DNA of 64,000 bases from an uncultured bacterium (GCA_963848965.1 CAWKFG010000002.1:8022-72021); one strand, 5' to 3'. Counted from the first letter of the stretch, positions 1 through 10,233 are shown. Translations and numbers: made by a program. Notes: generated by a model from the sequence alone, not told the origin.

Positions 1-512
1 ATTTCATCTTTTAAAGTCATCCCACAACCTCCTGATAGTATTACTATCGCTTGCGATTCTGGAATAAGAGCACCTAAAAGGCTAGCAAGCATTCCTCCTT
101 CAGAAAAACCTATAAAAATAATACGCCGATCCCAGTAAGATTCAACCTTTCTTAATTGTTCAATAACTAATTTATAATCTTGTATGCGCTGTGTAAGTGT
201 GTTACATGCATAGTATTCATCTATGTTTATATTATTTAAACTATGGATTCCAGGTTTCTCTACTAACAAAAATCCAGCTTTCAGTTTATCGATAAATAAC
301 TCTTTACCTAAAAACCAATCGTAATACTGAAAGCAGCTTGCCGCTTCAGAACCTTGTAGCATTGCTATTATAGGGAAACACTCATCGCTAGATGGTCTTT
401 TAAAATAATAGGTTAAACTAGAACCGTCAGCACGCTGTATGTTAAATTCTGTAGGCAAATCGTTTGCTAGTAAAGAAATAGAGCTCATAAGCAATAAAAT
501 AAACGATAGCAT
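1..512 (-). CDS. Alpha/beta hydrolase, signal peptide; partial, runs off window start
   Basis: Manual translation: MLSFILLLMSSISLLAND...WDRRIIFIGFSEGGMLASLLG...; GxSxG nucleophile elbow. Not in the ORF track. Confidence 0.8.
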   Translation of the reverse strand, partial: MLSFILLLMSSISLLANDLPTEFNIQRADGSSLTYYFKRPSSDECFPIIAMLQGSEAASCFQYYDWFLGKELFIDKLKAGFLLVEKPGIHSLNNINIDEYYACNTLTQRIQDYKLVIEQLRKVESYWDRRIIFIGFSEGGMLASLLGALIPESQAIVILSGGCGMTLKDE

Positions 513-618
513 AAGCTTTACGATTCCTTCTGATTTCAAGCAGCTTAATCAAGATATTTTTAAAAGTTTAACAGAAAAGAGATATCAGTGAAAAAGGTTA
601 AAAAAACCTTAAATTTTC

Positions 619-658
619 TTGTAAGAATGTAACAAAATATGTATACTTATTTGTATAC
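619..658 (+). promoter_or_regulatory. Sigma70 promoter with probable antitoxin operator
   Basis: TTGTAA(619)-N17-TATACT(642); two GTATAC palindromes (641-646, 653-658) overlap and follow the -10. Confidence 0.55.
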
Positions 659-682
659 AAAATCCAAATAAGAGAGGCTTTT

Positions 683-931
683 ATGTCAAAAATGGTAAGA
701 TTATCCCACAATGCAGCTGAAAACCTTGAAAACATATCAAATCTAACAGGTAAGTCTAAACAATCCATTATTGAAAAAGCTCTTAATAAATTATATAGAG
801 AAGAATTCTTAAAAAAAACAAATGAAGAATTCGAAATCTTAATGGCTGACCCTCAACTATGGGAAGAAGAATTAAAAGAGCGTGAATTATGGGATGCCAC
901 ATTAAATGATGGGTTAGAACCCTATGAATGA
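683..931 (+). CDS. Antitoxin (RHH-like) of MazEF-type module
   Basis: 82 aa, acidic C-terminus ending WDATLNDGLE; overlaps the toxin start. Confidence 0.8.
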   Translation: MSKMVRLSHNAAENLENISNLTGKSKQSIIEKALNKLYREEFLKKTNEEFEILMADPQLWEEELKERELWDATLNDGLEPYE

Positions 932-1274
932 TAAAATAATAGTACGGGGAGATGTGTGGCTTGTAGATTTAGATCCTACAGTAGGCCATGAGCAGGCAAA
1001 AAAAAGACCGTGTGTCGTTATTTCTGCAGATTTATTTAATAAAGGCAAGCACGGGTTAGCTGCAATAATGCCCTTAACATCAAAATATAAGCCTTTATCT
1101 TGGTTGGTAAAAATTGAACCACCTGAAGGTGGTTTAAAAGTACTATCTTACGCTATAGGCTATCAAATAAGAGTAGTTTCAGTTGATAGGTTCCTTGGTA
1201 AAAGCCTTGGGCGTTTACAACCTAGAACTATGCAAGAAATTGAGCAAAAGCTCCGTATTTTATTAGCTCTTTAA
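924..1274 (+). CDS. mazF: PemK/MazF family endoribonuclease toxin
   Basis: RGDVWLVDLDPTVGHEQAKKRPCVVIS, PLTS, QIRVVS motifs. Confidence 0.92.
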   Translation: MNDKIIVRGDVWLVDLDPTVGHEQAKKRPCVVISADLFNKGKHGLAAIMPLTSKYKPLSWLVKIEPPEGGLKVLSYAIGYQIRVVSVDRFLGKSLGRLQPRTMQEIEQKLRILLAL

Positions 1275-1572
1275 AAAAAGTATTATGAGTTACATAAAAC
1301 GCTAGAATACGAGTCGGTTAAGCGATCAAATTAAAAAAGAAAAAGCCCAAATTGCAGAGCGTCTGTCAAAAATAGAAACTGACGGTTATTTTGGTGACCA
1401 TAAAGATGTTGCTGAGTATATTTGGGAGCTAAGATGGAAAAATGGTCGAAGGCTTTATTATGCATATTTAGCTGACTTAGGAATATTACTTTTACTTGGG
1501 GGCAATAAAAATGGCCAAAGCAAAGACATCACCAAAGCAGAAAAAATCTTCAGAAAACATACAGAGCGTTAA
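1275..1572 (+). pseudogene. RelE/HigB-type addiction-module toxin, frameshifted, no start codon
   Basis: KYYELHKTLEYE, then a +1 shift near 1315 to LSDQIKKEKAQIAERLSKIETDGYFGDHKDVAEYIWELRWKNGRRLYYAY...LLLLGGNKNGQSKDI...*. Confidence 0.8.
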
Positions 1573-1855
1573 ACTTAAATCCAATACAGGCGTAAAACCT
1601 TATAGCCCTACGAAAGAAATATTACAAGGCGATCTAATTGGCAAAGCCATAGTGGAATGCTTGATGAACAATGACCCTGAAGGTGTTATGGAAGTGATTG
1701 CTATCTATTTAGGTACTTTAAATAGAGTCAAAGCTGCACAGCAAGCAAATCTTTCTCGTTCCACACTCTACCATAGCTTAAGGTATAAAAATCCTACCAT
1801 AAGGACTTTGGCAAAGATAATGTCTGCTGATGGTAACACGCAAGCTAAAAAGTAA
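1511..1855 (+). CDS. Addiction-module antidote (HigA-like HTH antitoxin)
   Basis: AAQQANLSRSTLYHSL..NPTIRTLAKI HTH; follows the toxin pseudogene; ATG at 1511. Confidence 0.82.
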   Translation: MAKAKTSPKQKKSSENIQSVKLKSNTGVKPYSPTKEILQGDLIGKAIVECLMNNDPEGVMEVIAIYLGTLNRVKAAQQANLSRSTLYHSLRYKNPTIRTLAKIMSADGNTQAKK

Positions 1856-2020
1856 CTCTCAATGCTCTACTATAGTATGAGGCAAATTTAGCAATATTCA
1901 TGTTCTACAAACTACCAGCGGCATTTGATGTTCTAGAGATTTTTTTATTGAAGACAAATTCTGCAGACAGCGTCTGCAGTTTTTCCTTATCCTTTGAATA
2001 TAACGCATCCCCAGCAAAAA

Positions 2021-2263
2021 TTACCATAATCGTTTCTTTGCAAACGCCCTACCTGAACCAGACTTTAAATATTTTTCAAAGCTAATTGCAGTAGCTCTCT
2101 CTTTAAAAGCAATACACGTTATTAGTTCCCAAGGCCTGAATGATGAAGTATGTACCGAACCACCAGAATTATGCGTTTGCAGTTGCTCGTTAATATTATC
2201 TGTGTAGCCTATATATGTTTGATCTGGATTATTTATTGATTTGATAAGGTATACGTAATACAT
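2021..2263 (-). CDS. Stand-alone GIY-YIG nuclease
   Basis: MYYVYLIKS...YIGYT...HNSG...HT..RPW...FEKYLKSGSG. Confidence 0.9.
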   Translation of the reverse strand: MYYVYLIKSINNPDQTYIGYTDNINEQLQTHNSGGSVHTSSFRPWELITCIAFKERATAISFEKYLKSGSGRAFAKKRLW

Positions 2264-2296
2264 AATACCTCTTAGTTGCTTGATATTTCAGGGACG

Positions 2297-2419
2297 GTCC
2301 TCCTTCGCTCTTTAGAGCTTCGGCAGAAAACCTTCGCTTAGGCTATCAATATCACCCTTTATTTTAAATCAATCCTTTAAAGAAATGGCCTGCCAACCGA
2401 AGCTTTAGCGAAGGTTGGC
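2297..2419. repeat. Pair of oppositely oriented REP-like palindromes (CCGAAGC-loop-GCGAAGG family)
   Basis: gtcctccttcgctctttagagcttcggc at 2297-2324 and ccaaccgaagctttagcgaaggttgg at about 2393-2418; a third copy lies at 34102-34132. Confidence 0.7.
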
Positions 2420-2469
2420 GTGGCCAGTTATACATGTTTAGGAACTTTGAGCTTGGATTTGGAATTTGT

Positions 2470-2755
2470 TTATGGAAAGTACGCATATTTCACATCCTTA
2501 AGAAACAAAGGTAGTTTTTCTAATTTTTCATTTTGTGCAGTTCATCTAGGACAAGAAGATCAGTCGTTGGAAGCCATGATTGTGCAAACATGCTCTCACG
2601 ACCTAATATTTGATCATAATTAAGGTAACTACTATTGCTAAATTCCTGAGCAATATTTTTAGCAAGCCAAGTTTTACCAGCTTGCCTTGGCCAATCAAAA
2701 GAACTATCTTTTTTTCAAGATCTTTTAAAATTCTATTTTTTTGTACTCTTTGTAT
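2470..2755 (-). pseudogene. AAA_14-family ATPase remnant
   Basis: IQRVQKNRILKDLEKKIVLLIG/frameshift/RQAGKTWLAK...LLVLDELHKMKN* ; Walker A and B present, then stop and truncation. Confidence 0.75.
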
Positions 2756-2995
2756 GGCGACCAAACTGTAATAAAATAGAGAAAAGTCACGACTTTCTTC
2801 CATTGTAATGCATTTAGTTGGAATTTCAATGGGACTTGAATTTTTTGTAAATTAGCCTCCAATAATAAAGCACTAAGGGCCCTTTATCTGAAGACACCTC
2901 TTCAAAAATAAGTTAACCATAGAATTTAGAGCTTAAGAACTATAAGATCTTTCTTATGTAGCTTTCTATTTTAGTACTCTTAGTAAGGAGAGGGC

Positions 2996-3868
2996 ATGCG
3001 ATTTCTGTTTTTACGTGTCGGCAGACCCTTACGATTTTTTAAACGCATTAGAATAGGCTTTCGCTTATTTAAACAAAGTCTTTCAACCATTGTTTTTGAT
3101 CATCATCGCTATTTTTTATTTTGTGCACTTCTTGCTCTTGTACAATTTTCGCGTATTGAGCTTACAAGCCTTATAGATCCACAGTTTTCTATCTCCTATG
3201 CAGTAACTGAGTCACTTATGGGACAAAGCTTTTTTACGATTCTTTTTTCAAGGCCACACCATTTTCGATCATTATATGACATAGGTGATATAGGCTTTAA
3301 AGTCTTATTCTTTTTTATTGAGCTGTTTCTGTCATTTACGATACTGGGCGCAGTAAGTTACTATACCTTCTACTTAAAAAAAGAAAGCTCTTTGCAGAGT
3401 ATTATCTATAGCCTCAGTCAGTGGAAGAAGATAGGTATCTGGGTATCTCTTGAACTTGTCATTCTTTTTTTGACATCGCTTTTAGGAATTATAGGTGATT
3501 TTCTCGAGTTTGTATGGTCACTCAGCACCGCTTTAGTGATACCTCTTATAATGTTTCAACAATCTTCTATGATTATGATTATTAAAAATACCTTCCTCTT
3601 CTTTAAACAGCGATTTGCTAATATTATAGGCATCGAAACAGTTACTGAAAGTCTCTTTATATTCCTGACGTTTCTCTTTTATTATATATATCAAAATCAA
3701 CAGACATTTACGTTCAGTTTTTTGCAATCAACAAAATTGCACGCACTTACTCTTGTCGGACTTTTCTATCTTAATGCGGTAGCAGCTGTTACAGAAGTTA
3801 TTACTCTGACACTGCTTTATAAAGTTATTGTCCCACAAAAATTCTCACTTAAGAACCTCGTTGAGTAA
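2996..3868 (+). CDS. Polytopic membrane protein of unknown function
   Basis: 290 aa, multiple hydrophobic segments, AAGGAG RBS. Confidence 0.7.
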   Translation: MRFLFLRVGRPLRFFKRIRIGFRLFKQSLSTIVFDHHRYFLFCALLALVQFSRIELTSLIDPQFSISYAVTESLMGQSFFTILFSRPHHFRSLYDIGDIGFKVLFFFIELFLSFTILGAVSYYTFYLKKESSLQSIIYSLSQWKKIGIWVSLELVILFLTSLLGIIGDFLEFVWSLSTALVIPLIMFQQSSMIMIIKNTFLFFKQRFANIIGIETVTESLFIFLTFLFYYIYQNQQTFTFSFLQSTKLHALTLVGLFYLNAVAAVTEVITLTLLYKVIVPQKFSLKNLVE

Positions 3869-3892
3869 GAGAGGGCACATATTTACGTGCTC

Positions 3893-5494
3893 TTACCACT
3901 GATTTTCTGATTGCTGCGGAGCCAAAGAGATATAGGTTCTTCTTCCCTTTAAAAACTTTCCATGAATAGCACTTTTTAAAGATGTAATGCAGTCACGAGG
4001 AACCATAATAAAAGTTCTGCGCTTGATAACTCGAACTTTATGAATTTGATCTTGTTGAACGCATCCTGTTTTAATAAAGTACTCAACAACATCAGTTTTA
4101 TTAACGCCGTCATCTGATCCAATGTTAATAAATACTTCTTGTAGCTGATCGGGAAGAACAACTTTGCTAGAAGGAATAAACTGATATTCATCTGCCTCTA
4201 TATGCCCAAGAAATTTTTCTTGAACAAGAGAAGCAGCAAGAACTTTCACCTGCTCTTGCGAAAACGACTGTACTAGTGAAAGCACCCGTGCATCAAAATC
4301 TTTCTTTGGCTCACTAATAATATGTGATGTATAACATTCTGCTTCTTTCAGTCGAGCTTCAATAATGCTTTCACGTGTAGGAATATTAAAAGGTTCAAGA
4401 GTAATAGAAAACTTTTTCTGTACTACAGAAAGCAAAGAAAGCTCACTTTTAGATATAAGCGTTATAGCAGTTCCTTCTTTACCTGCTCTTCCTGTTCTGC
4501 CAATACGATGAATATAGCTTTCATGATCATCAGGTAAAGAAAAATTGATAACATGCGTTAAATCAGGAATATCAATACCACGAGCAGCAACATCGGTTGC
4601 TACGACAAGCGAAATCTCTTTATTCTTAAACTTCTTTACAATAAGGTTTCGTTGTACTTGGCTCATATCACCATGTAATGTGCCTACAGAGTATCCTCGT
4701 TTTACAAGATGCTCTGCAACTTCTGCAGTAAGAATCTTTGTTTGACAAAACACAAAACCATAAAAATCTGGAATACTTTCTATAATACGTTTAAGAACAT
4801 ATATACGTGCTCGAGCAGGAACTAAACAAAAGTACTGTTTTGTTGTCTGCCCTACTATCTCTTCTTTGCTTACACGAACTGATACAGGCTTTGTCATATG
4901 AGTGCGCATTATATCGCTAATACCTGCTTTTACTGTAGCAGAAAAAAGCCATATCTCTCGATTACGTGGTACATACTGTAATATTTCATCTATCTCTTCT
5001 TTAAATCCCATATCAAGCATAATATCAGCTTCATCCAATATCATAGTCTTTACAGAATTCATCACAAGAGTTTTACGTAAAAGATGATCTCGCAATCTAC
5101 CTGGAGTACCTACAACGATGTGTGTCCCTCTTTTTAAAGCTGCTATCTGATCTTCGATTGAAACACCTCCAAAAAGCACTTCTATAGAAACTTTCATAGA
5201 GGACGCAATTTTAACAAGACTTTCTCGTATTTGCACAGCAAGTTCTCGTGTTGGAGCAACAATAAGGGCTTGAGGCATTTTACGAGAAACATCAATACGA
5301 TGGAGTAAAGGAATACCAAATGCAAGAGTTTTTCCCGTACCTGTTTGTGCTTGGCCATGAAAATCAATTTTTTCACAGCCAAGTAATAAAGGAATAGCTT
5401 TGCTTTGAATTTCTGTAGGCTCTTGAAATCCTAATGTTTCAAGAGCAGTTTGAACACACGTTGACAAAGGAAGATCTTTAAATGTTTTTATCAT
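3893..5494 (-). CDS. deaD: DEAD-box RNA helicase (DeaD/CsdA-like, C-terminal DbpA-type domain)
   Basis: AQTGTGKT, PTRELA, DEAD, SAT, HRIGRTGRAG; start placed at MIKTF after a GAAGGGG RBS. Confidence 0.92.
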   Translation of the reverse strand: MIKTFKDLPLSTCVQTALETLGFQEPTEIQSKAIPLLLGCEKIDFHGQAQTGTGKTLAFGIPLLHRIDVSRKMPQALIVAPTRELAVQIRESLVKIASSMKVSIEVLFGGVSIEDQIAALKRGTHIVVGTPGRLRDHLLRKTLVMNSVKTMILDEADIMLDMGFKEEIDEILQYVPRNREIWLFSATVKAGISDIMRTHMTKPVSVRVSKEEIVGQTTKQYFCLVPARARIYVLKRIIESIPDFYGFVFCQTKILTAEVAEHLVKRGYSVGTLHGDMSQVQRNLIVKKFKNKEISLVVATDVAARGIDIPDLTHVINFSLPDDHESYIHRIGRTGRAGKEGTAITLISKSELSLLSVVQKKFSITLEPFNIPTRESIIEARLKEAECYTSHIISEPKKDFDARVLSLVQSFSQEQVKVLAASLVQEKFLGHIEADEYQFIPSSKVVLPDQLQEVFINIGSDDGVNKTDVVEYFIKTGCVQQDQIHKVRVIKRRTFIMVPRDCITSLKSAIHGKFLKGRRTYISLAPQQSENQW

Positions 5495-5879
5495 AGTTGT
5501 CGTTATGTTTCCCCTTCGGTATAGCGTATGCTGACTGAAACACTTCAGCAAGTAATATAATTGTATTAAAGAACATACATTCTTTGCATAAGAACGCTCG
5601 CTTTTGTAGTATTCTTAAATAGACCACTCATGTGTCCACTGGCTGAAGTTATAGCTTTCTTTATACAAGGTCTTTTAAAGAAAGGGGAAGACATATAGAT
5701 AAAGAACCCTTAAAAAACCCTAGAAAGTGAAAATAAGTATAAACAATAGGTTAAAAAGTGCAAGAAAAACTCTTTTATTACCACTTTTTTTTCATGCATA
5801 ATAGTGTATGATGAAAGATGCACAAGATGAAATGCTCATAAGAATTTTAAGGGTAAAAACCAGATATAAAGGAACAAAA

Positions 5880-7031
5880 ATGAATAAAGCACACTCTAAA
5901 AAGAGATTGTGCCTTTTAGGTACTTTTATAGTATTTACAAGTAGCACAATTCGTACTGATGGACTGTTAGAAAGTGCACAAAAAATACTTGGTACTGCGC
6001 TTTCTTTCCCCCTAGGACATAACACTGCTTCACAAGAAACAACGGATTATGTAAATGATATTACAAAACAGCTTAATCCAGATCAAAAAGCAGTACAAGT
6101 CAAAAAGATGAATCGATTTGCTCAATATCTTTTTGGAAGCCAAAATGCTCTCGCATTACCTGGACTCAATACTGTTTTAGTAAACGAAGACTGGTTTAAA
6201 AAACTTCCTGAAGAGCAAAAGAGATTTCTTATCGGCCGTTCACTCGTTCATATGAATAAACCATTAGAATATGCTCTTTATAAGTATGCATTACCTTTAC
6301 TCACAAAATCTTTTATTGAACTTAATGCACCATTTGCACTATCTAGGGTCGCTTCAGCAGAAGAAAAAGCTGACATGGATGATGAAGAACGTACTTACTT
6401 TGATAGTAAGGTTAATCGATGGGCACTCCGCACAGCTCTTAATCTCTTAGCAAGCCTTACGAATCAATACTTTTCTCGACGTCTTGAATATGAAGCAGAT
6501 AAAGAAGCAGCACTCAAACTTAATTGTATTGATGGAGCCGTAGATCTGTTAAAGCGTACAGATAAATTTCCAAGTCAAGATCCTTTAGGTGCTCTTTGCT
6601 CAACAATCCCTCTTTTACATATAGCCACCGGCTCAACAATGCCCCTTTTAGATATACCTACTGGTATAGGTCAAGCTATACATAATAAAAATGTCGCTAA
6701 CAGAGCTTTAAACAATGCAGATATTGAAGGAGAGCCTACAAAGTTGGGCCGCCAAGAAATAATAAATACAGCGCTTGAAGAAGATCATGAAAGACTCACT
6801 GTAAAATTAGGTAGGCTTCCTTTAGGACAGCTCTATCTCTTTAAATTACCAGTAACCTTACGAGATGCTATTCCAGGCAGGTTTAATAATATCTCAACAC
6901 GTCTTGAAAGCTTTTTGCTTAGTTTACCGCTTGTGCGCTATTTCTGGTCATATCCTCGGCCAATTGATCGTATAAAAGCACTTAAAGCTCTTGAGCGTGT
7001 TTTAGAAAAAGAACAAACAAAGTCTGCATAA
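5880..7031 (+). CDS. Secreted M48 peptidase-like protein, HExxH degenerate
   Basis: Signal peptide; NA.ALPG, FLIGRSLVH, SRRLEYEAD, SYPRPIDRI. Confidence 0.7.
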   Translation: MNKAHSKKRLCLLGTFIVFTSSTIRTDGLLESAQKILGTALSFPLGHNTASQETTDYVNDITKQLNPDQKAVQVKKMNRFAQYLFGSQNALALPGLNTVLVNEDWFKKLPEEQKRFLIGRSLVHMNKPLEYALYKYALPLLTKSFIELNAPFALSRVASAEEKADMDDEERTYFDSKVNRWALRTALNLLASLTNQYFSRRLEYEADKEAALKLNCIDGAVDLLKRTDKFPSQDPLGALCSTIPLLHIATGSTMPLLDIPTGIGQAIHNKNVANRALNNADIEGEPTKLGRQEIINTALEEDHERLTVKLGRLPLGQLYLFKLPVTLRDAIPGRFNNISTRLESFLLSLPLVRYFWSYPRPIDRIKALKALERVLEKEQTKSA

Positions 7032-7079
7032 TAACAGGGGGCATATGCCCCCTTAGCCTCTAAAATGGAAAGAGTTTTT

Positions 7080-8240
7080 ATGAATAAATGTATCTTTTTA
7101 ACGTATGCTTTTCTTATTTTTAGCGTCCACGCTCTCTTTTCTATGTCATTTGTTGAAAAAGTCCAAAATGGTATAGGAACTTTCATGAGCTTTCCCTTTG
7201 CAAGTTACAGAAATGTTTCATCAACAACGCAAGAGTATGTACAATCACTCTGCCAAAAGTTGCAGTTGGGTACTACACCAGTGCAAGTTAAGCACATGAA
7301 TTCTGTAGCGCAGTCCTTTTTTGGAAACCAAAATATTATCGCATTGCCTGGACTAAATACCATTTTACTTAATGAAGACTGGTTTAAAAGACTTCCTGAA
7401 GATCAAAAAAGATTCGCTCTCGGGCGTACTCTTGTACATCTTAACAAGCCTGTCGAATATACTCTTTATAAATACATACTACCACTGCTAGCAAATGCAT
7501 TAGTAGAATCTTATTCATCAGGACAGCCATCTCCTGGTTTTCCTGGAACTCGACGTTGGTATAATACTTGTAATACCTCAGAAGGATCTCGACAACTATC
7601 AGGGTGGCTTTCAGATAAAGCCCGCTCACATCTTGCTCATCTTGTAGTACAGTTCTTTTCTCGTGATATGGAATATGAAGCAGATAGAGAAGCAGCAGAG
7701 AAACTTGACTGTGCTCAAGGAGGAATAAACCTTCTTAAAGAGCTTTCTACTTTCAGAAGTAATAAAACGTTCTTAAGCAGTATCTCCTCTCTTATTCCTC
7801 TTTTTGATATTCCGGGATATGCTTTTAATTCATATAAAACAAGCTCGCTTGCAGAACAAGCAACACAAAGAATGATGGATGATGCTCAAGAACGAGCCGA
7901 AAGAACAAGTCATATGGACCCCTATCGCGTATGGGCAAAAGCTGAACCGGATCAACAAGTATTTGAAGCAGAGTATGAACGGTTACTCAGACAAGATAAG
8001 CATAGCCACACGTTACAGTTTAAGGGGATACCATTTGGACATTTCTTTCCTTATTATATTCTCAATTACCTTAAAAAGTACACTCCAGGCAGACTTACTA
8101 ACATTTCTAATCGCTTAGAATCTTTTATCTCTCACTTGCCTGTTGTACACTACTGGTGGTCATATCCACGTACAAACGATCGTATAGAAGCACTTAAAAC
8201 AGTACTACAACAAAAGATACAAGAGGCCGCACAACCATAA
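7080..8240 (+). CDS. Secreted M48 peptidase-like protein, HExxH degenerate (paralog of 5880)
   Basis: ALPGLNT, FALGRTLVH, SRDMEYEAD, SYPRTNDRI. Confidence 0.7.
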   Translation: MNKCIFLTYAFLIFSVHALFSMSFVEKVQNGIGTFMSFPFASYRNVSSTTQEYVQSLCQKLQLGTTPVQVKHMNSVAQSFFGNQNIIALPGLNTILLNEDWFKRLPEDQKRFALGRTLVHLNKPVEYTLYKYILPLLANALVESYSSGQPSPGFPGTRRWYNTCNTSEGSRQLSGWLSDKARSHLAHLVVQFFSRDMEYEADREAAEKLDCAQGGINLLKELSTFRSNKTFLSSISSLIPLFDIPGYAFNSYKTSSLAEQATQRMMDDAQERAERTSHMDPYRVWAKAEPDQQVFEAEYERLLRQDKHSHTLQFKGIPFGHFFPYYILNYLKKYTPGRLTNISNRLESFISHLPVVHYWWSYPRTNDRIEALKTVLQQKIQEAAQP

Positions 8241-8283
8241 GCGGCCCCCTATTCTTATAGCGATTTAATCGAATAGATCAAAG

Positions 8284-8312
8284 TTGTCAAACATACAAAA
8301 GTATGCTATACT
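8284..8312 (+). promoter_or_regulatory. rpsA sigma70 promoter
   Basis: TTGTCA-N17-TATACT with extended -10 TG. Confidence 0.65.
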
Positions 8313-8427
8313 AACACATGTTAGGTTTAGTTGTTGTATATGTTTAACCATTATACCCCCTTCTTTTTAAGGTGGCCCCGCCTTTCAGTCTGGCGGATAC
8401 GGTCACTCGTTTATAGGAGTACATTGA

Positions 8428-10218
8428 ATGTCAAAAGAACTGTTAAAACCTCAGCAGTTCCGCCGAGCGGAACTACGATTTGATGATGAATCATTTCAGC
8501 TGAATGAACAACAAAAAGGAGAGCTCTCTGCGCTGTATGAAGGTACACTCGACAGATTTAAGCCAGGCAGTATCATTAAGGGCACCGTAATTAAGGCAAG
8601 CGCAGAAGGTGTTCTCGTAGATATTGACTATAAATCCGATGGCTTAATTGCTGCATACGAGTTTTCTGAACATGAGCTTAAACGATTAGCTCCAGGATCA
8701 GAAATTGAAGTTATGCTCGATGAGCTTGAAAATAGTGATGGTAATGTCATCTTGTCTTACGAAAAAGCGAAAGCTATGAAGGCATGGGACTCTATCATGA
8801 AGCTCTACGAGGAAAACAAGCCAGTAGAAGGTATTGTTACTCATAAGGTTAAGGGCGGCTTAAGCGTTGATATTGGTATTCCTGCGTTCTTACCAGGATC
8901 CCAAGTAGATATTCAACGAGTTACCGACTTTGATCAGTTTGTAGGACAACCTATTACGGCAAGTATCATAAAGATTAATCCAAAGCGTGGTAATGTTATT
9001 ATTTCACGCCGTAAATTTCTCAATGAACAACGAGCTGAAACTCGTAAAAAGATTCTTGAAACCTTACAACCAGGTTCAGTTATTCAAGGAACCGTTAAAA
9101 ATATCACTAACTACGGTGTATTCATCGATATTGGTGGCGTAGACGGACTCCTGCATATTACTGATATGACCTGGGGTCGTATTGCTCACCCAAGTGAACT
9201 AGTACGTATTGGTGATACTGTTACAGTAAAAGTCCTTTCATTCGATAAGGTTAATGAAAAGATCTCACTTGGTATGAAGCAACTTTCACACAATCCGTGG
9301 GAAGAACTAGATCCTTCAGTACAAATAGGCTCTCGCATAAAAGGTACTATCTCAAGTATTACCGATTATGGTCTCTTTGTAGAAGTGCAAGCAGGCGTTG
9401 AAGGCTTAGTACATATTTCTGAAATATCATGGACCGATCGTATTAACGATCTTCATAAGCACTTTAAGGTAGGTGAAACTATCGAAGCGCTTGTTGTATC
9501 CTTAGATAAAGAAAATAGACGTATGTCACTTAGTATCAAGCAGCTTGAGAAGAACCCATGGGATGCAATTAGTGAACAGTACGAAATTGGGCAAAAGATC
9601 TCCGGTAAAGTAAGTAATGTTACTGAATTTGGTATCTTTGTACAACTTGCTCCTGGTATTGATGGCCTTGTTCATATCTCAGACTTCTCATGGACTGAGC
9701 ATATTGAACATCCAGCAGATCGTTACAAAAAAGGTGACGAAGTTGAAGCTGTCATTATCGGCATTAATAAGCAAAATAAAAAGATTTCACTTGGTATTAA
9801 ACAATTGACTCCTAATCCATGGGAAGAGATTGAAAAGAAATATCCAGTAGGATCTACCATTGAAGGTGAAGTTTCAAAAATCACTAATTTTGGTGCATTT
9901 GTAAAACTTCCAACAGGTATTGAAGGCCTCGTTCACATCTCTGAACTTTCTGGTGATAATGTTGAGAAAGTGGAAGATTTTCTCAAAGTTGGCCAAGTAG
10001 CTACGTTCAAGGTCATCAAAGTAAGTCCAGAAGAGCATAAGCTTGGCTTAAGCTTAAAGACTGAAGATGAAGGTGAAAAGAAAGCTAAGAAAGAAAAAGC
10101 ACCTGCTAAAAAAGAGAAACGATCTGAAATACCTGCACAACCAAAACAGAAATCTCAGTTGCAACTAGAGCTTGAAAAGCTCTCTCGCCAAAAAGAAGAA
10201 GACACAAGCAACGAGTAA
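8428..10218 (+). CDS. rpsA: 30S ribosomal protein S1
   Basis: Six S1 repeats (AFLPGSQ, DGLLHITD, EGLVHISE etc.). Confidence 0.97.
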   Translation: MSKELLKPQQFRRAELRFDDESFQLNEQQKGELSALYEGTLDRFKPGSIIKGTVIKASAEGVLVDIDYKSDGLIAAYEFSEHELKRLAPGSEIEVMLDELENSDGNVILSYEKAKAMKAWDSIMKLYEENKPVEGIVTHKVKGGLSVDIGIPAFLPGSQVDIQRVTDFDQFVGQPITASIIKINPKRGNVIISRRKFLNEQRAETRKKILETLQPGSVIQGTVKNITNYGVFIDIGGVDGLLHITDMTWGRIAHPSELVRIGDTVTVKVLSFDKVNEKISLGMKQLSHNPWEELDPSVQIGSRIKGTISSITDYGLFVEVQAGVEGLVHISEISWTDRINDLHKHFKVGETIEALVVSLDKENRRMSLSIKQLEKNPWDAISEQYEIGQKISGKVSNVTEFGIFVQLAPGIDGLVHISDFSWTEHIEHPADRYKKGDEVEAVIIGINKQNKKISLGIKQLTPNPWEEIEKKYPVGSTIEGEVSKITNFGAFVKLPTGIEGLVHISELSGDNVEKVEDFLKVGQVATFKVIKVSPEEHKLGLSLKTEDEGEKKAKKEKAPAKKEKRSEIPAQPKQKSQLQLELEKLSRQKEEDTSNE

Positions 10219-10233
10219 TAAAGGGATTACGTT

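Noticed and set aside
2420..2803. Short ORFs 2420-2623 and 2603-2803 as real genes
   Set aside because: They overlap fragments of the AAA_14 pseudogene.
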